Assembly (NCBI GenBank): GCA_024704765.1
Contig: JAKMXF010000323.1
Span: forward strand, 62,001-126,000
From: Oopsacas minuta
Taxonomy: Eukaryota > Animalia > Porifera
Direction of reading: 5' to 3'
DNA: 64,000 nucleotides
Every line of letters starts with the position of its first letter. Within the stretch, counting starts at the first letter, position 1. The position numbers and the translations under genes are program-made. The notes beneath the pieces are model-generated. The model made no database searches and was not told where the DNA came from. It was given only the letters and a program-made list of their open reading frames with translations. Positions 39,220 through 51,627 of this stretch are shown in pieces.

Positions 39220-39494
39220 TAAATAATGATTGAAATAGATGGAAGCACAAGATACAATTTAAATGTGGGTATATTAAATGTGTGTCTATGATCCAAAATA
39301 AGCTTTCTATCGCCTCTAGCAACTGAATTTTAAGCTCAAAAACTATAATTTATGATAATATGAAAGGTGTCAATGACGTCATAACTTTTAATGAGATGAC
39401 CTAGATTTTTTTTTTTTATGCAGAAATCGTTTTCTCAGGGGTAATTTCCTATTGGCTAATAATGCATCATATATCTCTATCTTGCATGGTTTTC

Positions 39495-39530
39495 CTATTT
39501 CCATTTCACCCCCCAAAAATGCCCACTGTG
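39495..39530 (-). repeat. RSS-like 3' end of element B: heptamer + 20-bp spacer + TGGAAATAG
   Basis: On minus: CACAGTG (39530-24), 20-bp spacer (39523-04), TGGAAATAG (39503-39495). Confidence 0.9.
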
Positions 39531-39535
39531 TGATG

Positions 39536-40389
39536 TATTTGATGAGGTTGATGAGGAAGTATTTTTGTCTTTGCCAACAAATCAAAGATTCAATTTAACA
39601 CACAAACCGATCTCAGAAAAAGACATCATATCAGCTTCTCCTCTACATGCATATTTGAGAACATTTAGTTGGTTCCTAATATTGATTTGCCATTTACAGT
39701 GTGGTGCTATTCAAAAATGGTCACCAACTTCGCCAATAATTCTTGGGGCCAAGAAATTTATTACTAGCCTTATTGAAGAAAAACTTAGTATATCCATTGA
39801 CACACCATCAGTCCAAGGAGGAACCACCACAACCGGAAATGTTGTTCGGAGATGCTTCACACGTAGCGATGATACTGTGCAAGATTTTCTCTATTGGGTA
39901 TTGACGGTTGTTCCTCAAGAGATACATCAGGTTGTCACTACAATCTTTAATAATTTGAGTGCTATCCTGAGATTGTATAATAGCAACAGGAAAGTGGATA
40001 CTGAAGGCCTTGATAATGTATGCCGAGAGACTTACGAATCCATTTTAACCAATTTTTCATGGGCACAAGTAACCCCAACTTTACATAAACTTCTAGCCCA
40101 TGCACCACAAATAATTGCAGATCATAACGATGGGTTTGGCTTAGAAGATTTGTCTGAAGAAGGCCTTGAATCTTGCAATAAATTGGTCAGGCGATACCAT
40201 GAGAGACTCTCAAGAAAATTTAGCTTTGAAGACAACGTTAAAGATGTGTTCGTCAGGCTTATCTCTCAAAGTGATCCAATATTAGCATCATTTCGTAATA
40301 TTACCAAAAACGATTCGGAGCCAGATCTATCTGAGTTAAAGAGCTGTCAAGATATTTTGGTGAAGTCTCTAATTATAAATACGTTATAG
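39536..40389 (+). pseudogene. RAG1L: RAG1-like transposase A, 3' part
   Basis: SPLHAYLR, GGTTTTGNVVRRCF, TPTLHKLLAH, SEEGLESCNKLVRRYHERLSRK (catalytic E at 40168), SQSDP. In frame with the 5' part after excision of B. Confidence 0.92.
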
Positions 40390-40691
40390 TTTGCAGTTCA
40401 ATGAACGGTAGGTCATTTCAACAAGAAATGTGGTCTCATAAGTTTATAAAAATGTACATTAAATAGTGTTAATAATATCAAAACATAAAACATTCAATTT
40501 CTGAACCTATAACTCACAAATTGGTTTAATTAAAATCGATAAAAAAATCAAAATATTTTTGAATGTGACAATGACATCATTACTTTCACACCCAAAGACT
40601 TAGAAAAATCTAGTTACGTCAATCGATTCCTTGGATACGATTCCCCATATGTCAATAATATAGTTTCATACGTTATCTAGTACCCTAATAC

Positions 40692-40726
40692 CTACTTCCA
40701 GGTTTTAGCCACTTCGTGCCACTGTG
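40692..40726 (-). repeat. RSS-like 3' end of element A: heptamer + 19-bp spacer + TGGAAGTAG
   Basis: On minus: CACAGTG (40726-20), 19-bp spacer (40719-01), TGGAAGTAG (40700-40692). Confidence 0.85.
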
Positions 40727-40731
40727 TAACT

Positions 40732-42143
40732 GCGGTTGACTTTGTTTGCCCTGAGAAAAAAAGCCTGTTCGCTAACATCAGTCTTTCTGCACGAACTGTC
40801 ACACGTAGAATTGAAGATTTATCTGCTGACATCAAACTATCATTAAAAGAACTTACGCGCCTATTTGAATTTTTCGCCATTGTTTGGATGAGAGTACTGA
40901 TCTCAAGGATACTGCTCAAGTTGCTGTTTTTATAAGAGGGATTAATGCCCACTTTGATATCACTGAAGAATTTGCAAGCTTGGTTCCACTTAGGGATACT
41001 ACAACTGATATAAATATTTTTAATGCTGTTAAAAGGGTTATAGATGACTTTGGTCTAAAATTAGATGATCTTTGTGGAGTGATAACAGATGGTGCCCCAG
41101 CAATGACCGGTACCGTGAACGGAGCTGTTTCATTAATTGAAAAAGAGATGAGAAATGTTGGAACCGAGCGAAATTTAGTACGGACACACTACATAATTCA
41201 TCTTCAAGCCCTATGTGCAAAATCTTTGAGGATGCAAGAAGTCATGCGAGTGGTTGTTAAGACTGTGAACTTTGTACGCTCAAGGGGGTTGAATCATCGT
41301 CAATTTCAACAACTGATGGAAGAGATAGATTCTCAATACGGTGATTTATTATATTATTGCGAAGTTCGCTGGTTAAGCAGAGGTGCCATGCTAGAGAGAG
41401 TGTATCAGCTGAGAAATGAATTGACGACATTCGTTAGAGAAAAGGGTTTGGAAGTTCCTGAATTTAGTGATTCAAAATGGTTGTCAGATTTTGCTTTTCT
41501 TGTGGATATTACCAATCACTTGAACAGTTTAAATTTGAAACTACAGGGAAAGAACCAGTTAGTTAACGTCCTTTATGAACATGTATGTGCATTTCAAGTT
41601 AAGTTGCGATTGTGGGAGTTTCAATTGGATAAGCAGAATTGTGCACATTTTCCTAGTCTTAATGCAAATCAGCCAATTGATGTAACTTACTATTCTACTT
41701 TTATATCTGATCTAAGCGCACAATTTGATATCCGGTTTGCTGACGTAGAGAAGTATCAAAGGGAGTTCAGTTATTTCGCTAGTCCATTTGGTGTCAATTA
41801 TATTGAGGCCCCAGAAGAGATGCAATTGGAACTAATCGAGCTTCAAAATTCTGTTGAGCTTAAGTCAAGGTACCGGGATCTTTCTCTTGTGGAATTCTAT
41901 CAGAAGTACTTGACAAATGACAAATTTCCAGTAATGAGGAAGCATGCCAAGACAATTGCAGTACTTTTTAGTAGTACTTATGTTTGCGAGCAACTTTTCT
42001 CAAGAATGAAATATGCAAAAAACAAGCTAAGAACGGGATTAAAGGACGACCATTTGGAAAATGTAATGCGATTATCAACTTCTACAATATCACCTGATGT
42101 AATAAGACTGTCAAAGGACGGACAACATCAAAAATTGCATTAA
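40732..42143 (+). pseudogene. hAT transposase main body (GTF2IRD2/SPIN-like)
   Basis: LDESTDLKDTAQVAVFIRG, TDGAPAM, HxIIHLQALCAK, CEVRWLSRG, LQG, STYVCEQLFS: standard hAT DDE and dimerization motifs; 419-aa open stretch. Confidence 0.95.
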
Positions 42144-42520
42144 TAAGTCACTTATTCTAGTTTTCTTCAATTATTAAAGACAATTCTAACATATTTATTT
42201 ATAATTACCAATTCGACAATTGATAAATTTCGAATAAGATCAGAGAATGGTGATCGCTTGGCCCCGCGCAATGCACTGAAAGACTCAATCTGACCCGCAG
42301 GCTCAAAAGGTTGCCGACCCCTGTTGTAGACATTTTGTGTGGCTAAAATCTATTCTGTGTTAAAACCATGCTATCAGCAATTTAATACTTGAGAGTTGTT
42401 AATGACAGGCTACAAGTAAATTTGAAACAATGGCTATGAATGAATGAGAACACATTCCTGTGTGGCTAAGGAAATGTGTTTCGATTTGTTGAGGCCATAA
42501 CTTAAAATTTCTCATTTATA

Positions 42521-43434
42521 CACTAAGTGGACAAAAGTATTTCAACACACAAATATATTGTCATAAATTTTAGACTCTTCCCGCTCCTATATATTGTGTA
42601 GTCTAGATTCGTAGCTGCTATCTAGTAATTTGTATAGAATACATATTTTTTTCAAGAATTTCAAAAAAATATTTTCGATTTACACTTTTGAAGGTGTTAA
42701 TTGTTAATAACTATCAGATAATTATTGATAATCAAAATATGTGGTAATTCAAAGCCTATTAAGAATCTATAATTTCTGACTTGATATTTGAATTCTACGT
42801 AGGCGAGTAATCCCACATTGAAATTTCCAATCGGATTGAACAATTTTTAACAGAGTTATAGATGAATTTCTATTTGTACCATTTAAGCCACCTTTTGCCC
42901 AAGGTGGCACAAGTGGCCGCTACCAAGAGGTTATTCTGGAATTCAAGGGTTAGCATAGTCATATCATTCGAAAATATTACTTCAACTTATTCCACCTAGC
43001 CCTAGTTGATTTCCTTGTAGTGGCGCTTTTTCCTGCCACCTGTGCGACTTTTTGAAAAAAGTGGCACAAGTGGGACAAATTGAAATTCATCTATAACTCT
43101 GGTAAAAATTGTTTAATCCGATTGGAAATTTCAATCTGAGATAACTCGCCTACGTAAAATTCTAATATCAAGTCAGAAATTATAGATTCTTAATAGGCTT
43201 TGAATTACCACATATTTTGATTATCAATAATTATCTAATAGTTATTAATAATTAACACCTTCAAAAAGTGTAAATCGAAAATAATTTTTTGAAATTCTTG
43301 AAAAACATATGTTATTCTGTACAAATTACTAGATAGCAGCTACGAATATAGACTACACAATATATAGGAGCGGGAAAGAGTCTACAATTTATGACAATAT
43401 ATTTGTGTGTTGAAATACTTTTGTCCACTTAGTG
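42521..43434. mobile_element. Tc1-type foldback MITE with about 390-bp TIRs
   Basis: TA-flanked CACTAAGTGGACAAAAGTATTTCAACACAC at both ends; long near-perfect inverted arms; no ORF. Confidence 0.85.
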
Positions 43435-43689
43435 TATAAGCTATTATCAAAAAGAAAATGAACTACTGTATTAGTGTATATGAAGTTGATTATGGCCGAA
43501 CTACTGCGGTTAAGTAAAGAATCATAGGACTCATTGTTTTTAGTTAGAGTCTCAACAAACTGAAACATATTTCCTTAGCAACACAGAAATGTGTTACAAT
43601 TTCATTGCTACCAAACATTTATGCCCGGTATGGACGATATGAGCAATTTAGTTGTTCTATAATATTACCTCATTTAATGAATAAGCCTT

Positions 43690-44150
43690 AGACTCAAATC
43701 TGAGATGTTGCAGACCATCATGCTTAGAATAAGATTCTATCATGAAGACCAAATGTCAGTGAGTGTAAACCTGACACATAGAATTAACACTGGTACAGTG
43801 CAAGTTCAGGGAGGAGACAGGACAATTCATGAGCGTGTTAATACACCTAACACAAATATCGCCTCTTCCTCGATCAAGGTTGAAATTAACGTCACGCAAA
43901 ATATTGCATTTCAAGGGCTACAGCTGTCCATGACATTCTTCATAGAATAGTTAACTGCCCCACTAACAGTCAGGAAGTACAATTGTTCGACCCCAGTGGT
44001 CTTGTTGAAAGGCAGTATTCTTGATGGAGCTGCAGAAACCTTTGCTATACTTAGCAGAAGATTTCCCACAGCCATGAATTCCGAGAATAAGATGGAAATA
44101 TCCAAGCAAAATAACAGAATCTATAAAGGAGCCTAGTTTCAGTGACAAAA
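43690..44150 (-). pseudogene. Possible LINE apurinic endonuclease remnant
   Basis: ILRDVNFNL and LQHL fragments loosely resemble the GDFN and IDH motifs of APE domains; heavily decayed. Confidence 0.25.
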
Positions 44151-44415
44151 GCAACAAAATATCAGTAACATGTTTGTTATATGTGCATTTCCATAGTTTT
44201 CGAATTATTTAAGGGAATACATAATATACTAATTAAATTATTCTCTTCTACATAATATCCATTATAAGAAAGAATGAAAAATTGAATTTTAATAATCTTG
44301 TAGGATAATAAAAGTGTAAATTCGAATTCTACGTCCTTTTAACGCAATTGAATATGTGGAAGCAAATCTCTAGGGTAATTTTGAAATGTTCACCAAAAGG
44401 TGTAAAAATATGATA

Positions 44416-44811
44416 CAGTAGAGTTCGTATATTAGTAATTGCCTTATTAGCAAGATTCGCAAATTACCAATATTTTTCAATGCACGAAGCAATGGTATAG
44501 GGATTTAAGTATAAACAAGTTCACTTATGGCCAAGATTCGCTTATTAGCAAGAACTTGCTATAATGAGATTATTCTGTAGGATAGTAGTAAACCTAAGTT
44601 ACATTCTTCAATTTGGAGGAAATTGTGGTTGCTTTTGAATTAAGCAGAATGCTTTCTCGCAAGTGTACTACAATAACATTATACATATTATATCATCACA
44701 TACACGTATATACGTGTACATACAATAACAGTATTTATCGAATTGATTGAGTTGCCCTATTGGTTAGTTTTCTCGTGCAAACCCCGACTTGCTAATAAGC
44801 GAACTGCACTG
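44416..44811. mobile_element. Tigger/pogo-type MITE
   Basis: TA-flanked TIRs CAGTAGAGTTCGTATATTAG / CAGTGCAGTTCGCTTATTAG; internal ttattagcaag repeats. Confidence 0.75.
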
Positions 44812-44839
44812 TATCTCATTTGATAAATAAGTGTATCTA

Positions 44840-46143
44840 GATGAAGAGCATTCGAAGTTTTGCAGTTTGATATGAAAACATTAATCTGTCGGATGTTTTC
44901 TGCATCCATCTTTACAGACATATTTTATTAGTCTACTTTGAAACTTTCATTCATTTATCTATTCTACTTTCATAAATTAGATAATTTTAGTATGCATGGC
45001 TTCTATAACATCTCAATCTAAATCTGATCCCACAAAACGTAATTTTCGAGCAATGATTTTTATCTTATTCAAACTACAGAAGACAAAAGTAGAAATCTAT
45101 GAATTATTACAGGAACATTTCACGAATCTATCTCCTTCTCTAAGCACAGTTGAACGATGGTACAGGGAATTTATTTACGGAAACTTTGTTCTTGAAGATG
45201 CTCCTCATACAGGAAGACAGAATATTTCACATAGTGAAGAAAATGCCAACGAAATGCTAGATCTAATTACTAAAGATCCTCATATTACGTACGCTCAGTT
45301 AGAGTATGAAACCGAGATATCATCGGGGACAATTAATATCATTTTGCACAATTAACTTTGTGTGAGGAAGTTGTGTGGCCAATGGATCCCCATTCTTTGA
45401 ACTCACAGAAAAAATACCCCGCATAGACTTTTGCAAAATTATGCTCAAAAGGTTTTCTAATGGAAGTTCAAGAGCTGTTTCTGAGATCCTTACAGGTGAT
45501 GAGACATGGATATACCATTATGATCCAGAAATAAAGCTAATGTCAAAGGAGTGAGTTGAAGAAGATGCCCCACCTCCAGCCAAATTGTGGAGGGCTAGAT
45601 CTATTTGGAAACAAATGTGGGCGATTTTTTTCAGATCTAGTGGGTTTTTGGAAGCTATCGCTGTCGAGGATAGAGAGACTGTTACTGCCGACTGGTACAC
45701 TACAGTGTGCCTACCCAAAGTCATCACAGCAATTGAGTCACAGTGGGAGAAGACAGGCATTAGAGGAATTCTTCTTCATCATGATAATCAATCATTGCAT
45801 ACGGCAAGAGGAACTCGTGAGTTTTGGAAAATTCTGGACTCAAAACATTACCTCACCCGCCCTACTGTCCTGATTTAGCCCGTTGTGACTTCTGGCTGAT
45901 CCCTAGACTCAAAGATCAATTACGTGGGAGGAGATTTTCGACTAATGAGGAGTTGAGAGCGGCACTTTTCCAAATGATCGGAGACATACCGAAAGAAGAG
46001 TGGAAAAAATGTTTTGATGATTGATTAGGAGAATGAAAGAATGTATACATTGTCAGGGAGAGTATTTTGAAAAATGAAATAGTCAAATTTATGATTACTA
46101 TCTGATATGTCGATCAACGTCAAAACTTTTTGAGTGCCCCTCG
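44840..46143 (+). mobile_element. Mariner element, decayed
   Basis: TGDETWIY, HHDNQSLH, HPPYCPDLARCDFWL. Right TIR ends ...gagtgcccctcg|TA; left TIR degenerate. Confidence 0.88.
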
Positions 46144-46479
46144 TATTTAATCGAATGTCTAGCCAATTTGAATTGCAGTCTACATCCAAACAAAAACATT
46201 ACAGTGCTAGTTATAATACAAATACTCCACCAGAAAGTAACATACATTTATGACTAAGTGATGTATATTATTTGTTCTGAGAAATTTTCATAAGCCTAGA
46301 GATACAATCACCCAAATTTATGCGCCTGTAGGCGCGCCGCATACGCCAGGTTAAAACCATTAACATATATACTAACTATTATACTTAGAGGATTATAAGT
46401 TCCTATCTTTGATGAATATCCTGACACTACAACATCTTTTTAATCAAACTTCGGATATAATGTTCGAAAAAGTCCCACT

Positions 46480-47460
46480 CTACATCTATGCATAGTTGTA
46501 GCCTTTCTACCCACCTCGAAATGTGTTTGCATACTCGTCTCTGTCCATTGAAATGAGGTAGTGGTAAATCCCGTTTCCTAACTCTTGTCGAGTATGAAAT
46601 AGCCGTCCTCAGAGATGTGTATTCAGCTCAGGAAATAGCCAGAAATTACAAGGTAATGGATCTGAGGAATACGGAGGATGTTCCATCACTTCAAACCCGA
46701 TATCCTAAATAACTTTCCTAACGCGTTTCGAAAGATGAAGTCTGGGATTATCATGGAGAAGTTTGATTCCTTGAGTTCCTGTACGCGACGTCGTGTTTTA
46801 GAGACTTTCAAGACTTCTCTTAGGCATTTATCTGCGTAAAATTCTACTTTGAGTCGGTCTCCTTTAGGCACAGGTATGTGAGTCACTGGCCCATACGCAT
46901 AAAAAATATGCTGTAGAGAACATCATCGTTTCGGAAGTCCGGACGTGCCTTTTCGAGGGATAAGAACCTTTTGGAAGCCCTATTTGCTTTGTTCATTACG
47001 CAGAGGTTCGGAAAACATAATCCAAGTTTCGTCACCAGTAACGATTTCAAATAACTTCCGAGAATCCCAATCTCTATATACTTGACACCTATTTTTCGAA
47101 GCCCTCTACTCCTTTTGACCCATTGTGAGGATTTTTATATCCATCGCGCTGAAATTTTGGGATATTCGAGATAAACGTGTAGTTTTATATGAACACTCCC
47201 GGTGAGTTATCCAGGAGTAGGGCAATCTTTCAACGCTCAAAGGGGGTCAATATCCAATAGTTCCAGAATTTGAGAGGCAATTTCAGGGGTGGTAGTGGAA
47301 ATTGCTCTTCCGGTCCGAGGGTCATCTCCAATACTGCCTCTACTAGCCTTTAATTACCTGCCTATCCCTTCATAGTGAGATACGCTAGAGTTTCCCCATG
47401 ATTAATGATGACGAGATCCTCATGTATTTGGAATGGTTTGTCGCAGAGTACGGTGCGAAT
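46480..47460 (-). pseudogene. Mariner transposase pseudogene; boundaries approximate
   Basis: TGDETW and HPPYSSDxxPCNFWLFP motifs and an HTH region in broken frames. Confidence 0.8.
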
Positions 47461-48049
47461 CTTTATGTAAGCTCATTGTTCGGTTTTGCTTGATATATAT
47501 CTTGAAGCCATGAAAAATTGACTCTCGAAAATAGGTAAAATTGAGAGTAGGATAGGTCAAGAAATAAAATAGCTAGAGGAAATTGACTAACAGCATTTAA
47601 TAGGTAATCGATAGGACTATTAGGAAATATTATGCATCTCATGTAATCAAGTAGGGTTTGGCTGCTATGTATTAAGGATGGGAACTTTTCGAATGCCCCA
47701 AGTACTAAGTCAGCCATTTTAGGACTGAGCCACTATATTTTGAAATAGTGGGAGTCGGCCTAGTAAAAAGGAAACAAAATATTTTGTATCATTGTGTAAT
47801 GTATTAGGTTATACACCACTACCATAGGGGATTGGACAAATATCCCTTTGATAGCCACAGTGGCTTATTTAAGCAACCCAGGTAGGTGACTCAATGTTCG
47901 TACTTAAGTTCGAACTTAAGCACGGACTAAATTCTCAATGACTACCAATCTTAGTAAATATCACATAATTTCAAAAACTTCCTAGTGATCACGACGTTAA
48001 TCCCCATACTAATCATGTTTTCGCTGATTTAACAAAATAAACTATTAGA

Positions 48050-48950
48050 ATCGCTCTATAATTTCTCATAAACAATAAAATCAGAAGAAGATAATGCCTA
48101 CACAACAGGGAGCTATCGTCTCCTGACTGGAATCCATGTGCAAGTATTCCTTGGACAGGAACTATGAAACTGATACTGAAGACTTAGATCTTTTAGTTAC
48201 ATCCTTAACAATTGTAGACGTTATTAATGATGGACTCTTAGATATAGCTTACTTAGTAATTACTGGTAAACTCACATGATATTCTTGGGCTGAGCAATTA
48301 GGACTTATTGGACATTATAGGGGAGGATTTGTACCCTAGGAATCTCAAACAAGAGATTGTATATTACAGGAGTTGTTTTGAACGTAAAATACATTTCGTG
48401 CCTTAGATAAAGTTTATTGCAAAAGACTGAATTGGTGTAATTGATCCCCAAATAGATAGAGATAGTCTAGGACTTACAGAGGTATTAGGGATCGTTGAAA
48501 CCATGAAGTTTACCCAACTTCATATCCCTTGGTAGTTCCTAAAGATATGCAATGTTTTACAAAATACAAATATGAAGAACTTAAGCTAGATGAATGAATA
48601 TAATATTATTACTTGTTTCCCCCAGAACGCTTGATTGCTTAATTTGAGGTGATAGGCCACGGATATGTCTCAATACAGCAAAGGATGAGAAGCATGTCAT
48701 AAACACAGGGAGGAGACGAGAGGATAGAAGAAGTCCAAATATATTGATTGACGAAGGATATGCTGGTAGAGGTTTGAAAAAAGATCAAGAATATCAGAAA
48801 GAGCAACAAAATCAGTCTACAGTGGAACCTACATAAACTGGCACTCGTTGGGACATGAACATGTTTCTCTTTAGGAAATTTGTTGGCTTATGCAGGTTAG
48901 TTTGGATTGTCGCAAGATATATTAGAACAAAATCGTTGGAGTATAGAGGG
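48050..48950 (+). pseudogene. Possible highly decayed LTR-retrotransposon pol remnant
   Basis: Only weak RT/RNaseH-like fragments (e.g. FVGLCR resembling FLGLxGY). Confidence 0.2.
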
Positions 48951-49347
48951 CTTCCGGGTTATACAGGTGTACGTATATTCAGATTACACTGTAATTTTCA
49001 AATAATGAAGATCAAAATTGAATTTTGATAGAGTAAAGAGAGCAATTAAACAAAAGAGCAAAAAGCAAAAAATAGAATAAACAAGAATAAAAAATAGTGA
49101 CATGAATAGATTTGTAAAGTTATTAAGGCCAATAAGTATATTTTCTGCAGGAAAAGAATGATATGGTATTTTCCTATTCCCCAAGTTTGGCGCAAACGTT
49201 ACTAGTGGTATATGATGCACATACTTGTGTGCACAACAATGAAGTTGAAATACTAACTAAAATTATTATGATCTCTCAAATGAATTAGCATCAAATGTAA
49301 TAAAAGATATCAGATAGCCGCTGTAGTTTAAGGAAATTTAATTGATA

Positions 49348-50676
49348 CAGTCTGACACGAAATTATTTACAATTATCAACTAACTATAATCCAATTTAGA
49401 TTGATTACTAAAGAAATTGACAATACATTTCTTGTGTAGAAGTCATAGATGTTACCTAAAACAATAATGTTACTAATAGTTAATCTTTTTCCCAGCAGAG
49501 GTAATTATCAGATCACACCCTTTTTTCATAGAACTTGTGAAGCTAGAAAGAAAATCAGGTTCATACGTTTCCCACTGTGAATATATCATCCCCCTTCTTC
49601 CTCAATTGTTTTGGAGCGTTGAACATTATTCTGTGCTTCAGCACACCCCATAAATTCTGAATAAGGTTGAGATCCGGGCTATTGGGAGGCCAGTCTATGC
49701 GTCTAACATGGTGTATCTCTTTGAAGCACATGAAAACTTTTGATGTATGGATACTCGAAACATCTTCTTGCAATTTCCAGCCATTAGGGTTAATGTTTCT
49801 GCAGTCTGAAACAGAACTTCATTTAAAACATTACAATAATGTTCTGAATTTAAGCTATGCATGAACACCTTCACTGGGGTGGCACCTCGAGCAGAAATTC
49901 CTCCACAAATGTGTACTTTGGGAGTATGATGTGGAATGTTGAGGATTGGTCGTTCACCTCTTGTCCACATTCGAATTCTACCCAGATTTAGCCAGATAGA
50001 ACATTCATTCGTGAATATTATCTGTGCCAGTGAATATTCCAGTGTTTCTTGGCCCTATCGATACGTATTTTCTCATTCTGGAGAATGATTCCCGACCCAC
50101 TGATCGGAACTTTCTTAGAAAGTCCAATACTCTTTATTGTCCTCCGTACCGACTCTCTAGATTTATCTAAATCCTAAGTGACCTTAAATTCACCTACTAT
50201 CCTTCTTAGAGGTACTCGTCGATTTTTCGGAGCTTGGATGGAAGAGATAACTTGCTATTTTGGAAACTTTCATTGGTCTACCAGCTCCTTTTCGATGATT
50301 CAAAATTTTGGAATCTGACACTGTAGCTTTGACATTATACAAGCTATTCAAAGAAACCCAACATCGCTTTGCAATTGACTTTATAGTAAATGTTATCAAT
50401 TTTAAAAACTCCGAAACCTCTTGACATTTGGCTTGTTGCATAAATTTCGAAGAATTATGTTTTACCGCAGAATAGGGATAAAATGCTCAGTAATCACCAA
50501 GGATGACGCGACAAAATCAAAGAAATGATGTAAAAATCAAAAAAATTTGAAATAACAAAAATATGGATTATATTGTTCATGTAAGGTGATCAAGATATAT
50601 CAATTTCGTGGGTTTTGTAATATTATGGGTTCCTAAGAAACAATCTGAAAATTGTAAGTATTTTCGTGTCAGATTG
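49348..50676 (-). mobile_element. Tc1 (DD34E) element, decayed
   Basis: TIRs ca(g/a)tctgacacgaaa; 1329 bp; GAGRP, KVHICGGIS, WPPNSPDLNLIQNLW. Confidence 0.85.
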
Positions 50677-51627
50677 AAATTACGAAATAAGAAATCGATA
50701 TATTTTTAGCGGGTTCTAAAGGTAAATAGATTCAAGGATTCATCTCAAAGTTATGATTCATAATAAATACATAAACAATCTTTTGATTCATACAAATATA
50801 GTTATATTCTGAAGTGATATAAATGTGACTCAAATTAGCGATCGAAGTGTCCCTAGATGAAAACAAACTTCACATTCGTATACTAATATGAATTTTATGA
50901 AAATAAATACTATGAACGTAAAAATTCGAATATCAATACACGATTACACATGCCTAACATTGGAGCAAAATTGTGAAAATATGAAAAATTCATTAGAATC
51001 TACATGAAGATCTGAAAATGTCAAAATTGGACCGTCATACTTGATTAATATCTAGCATCTTCTTGAAATAATTCCGAAATGCTGTGATTATATGATATAT
51101 TAATTACATATATGATCTTGGAATATGTGACGTTCAGACTCTAAGAGCATCAAATTTAACTCATTTTAGCCATTTGCCCATAATCACATGTTGGTCTCAA
51201 CTCTGGGAACCTCTTGAATATACATAGTAATGTTAATACATTACCATATAAAGTCATAAAAGTGCATAGTAAGGCCATATAAAATAATATACTTGTTTAT
51301 CATCCCCGTCCGCCGCATGTAATTTCACTCCCCGGCAAATTTTTTAATTTTAAAACATATCTTTCTATAATAATTATATTCGCGGATGAGCATCTTCGAA
51401 ATAAGCTAACTATCCAACACATACGCCCTTCGCTTGCTAGGTCGCTGAGCAGTGTGGCTAATTATGTGATTATTCGAAAATCCAAAAAGTTGGCAATAGT
51501 ACCATAATTTCGTCTGGTGTGAATTTCGTCCAAAACTCAAAACTGTCCGAGTCAGGGCCAAATATCCCACCCTATATGACAAAAATCAGCCCTGGGGTGT
51601 TCACTAAATTTTTATCATTCATATTTA

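Larger units (their letters stand above)
36550..39530 (+). mobile_element. RAG1-like transposon B, inner element (2981 bp), inserted in the transposase gene of A
   Basis: Termini CACAGTGGGC(A)TTTTTG at both ends; perfect 5-bp TSD TGATG (36545-49, 39531-35). Removing the element plus one TSD restores the frame of A (RTIRDARD/VFDEVDEEVFLSLP). Confidence 0.96.
34417..40726 (+). mobile_element. RAG1-like (Transib/RAG superfamily) transposon A, outer element; 3324 bp without the nested element
   Basis: Termini CACAGTGGCAC...GTGCCACTGTG (11-bp perfect TIR); perfect 5-bp TSD TAACT (34412-16, 40727-31); encodes a RAG1-like DDE transposase. Confidence 0.95.
33611..42323 (+). mobile_element. hAT transposon (SPIN/Charlie, GTF2IRD2-like) hosting the two RAG1-like elements
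   Basis: TIRs CAG(C/G)GGTCGGCAACC at 33611 and 42323; perfect 8-bp TSD TTGTAGAC (33603-10, 42324-31). Confidence 0.95.

Noticed and set aside
26563-47862. Other isolated heptamers (26563, 33500, 45739, 47856) as RSSs or RAG-like ends
   Set aside because: No paired inverted end, no TSD, no TGGAARTWG at the expected distance; two lie inside mariner coding remnants. A few 7-mers are expected by chance in 64 kb.
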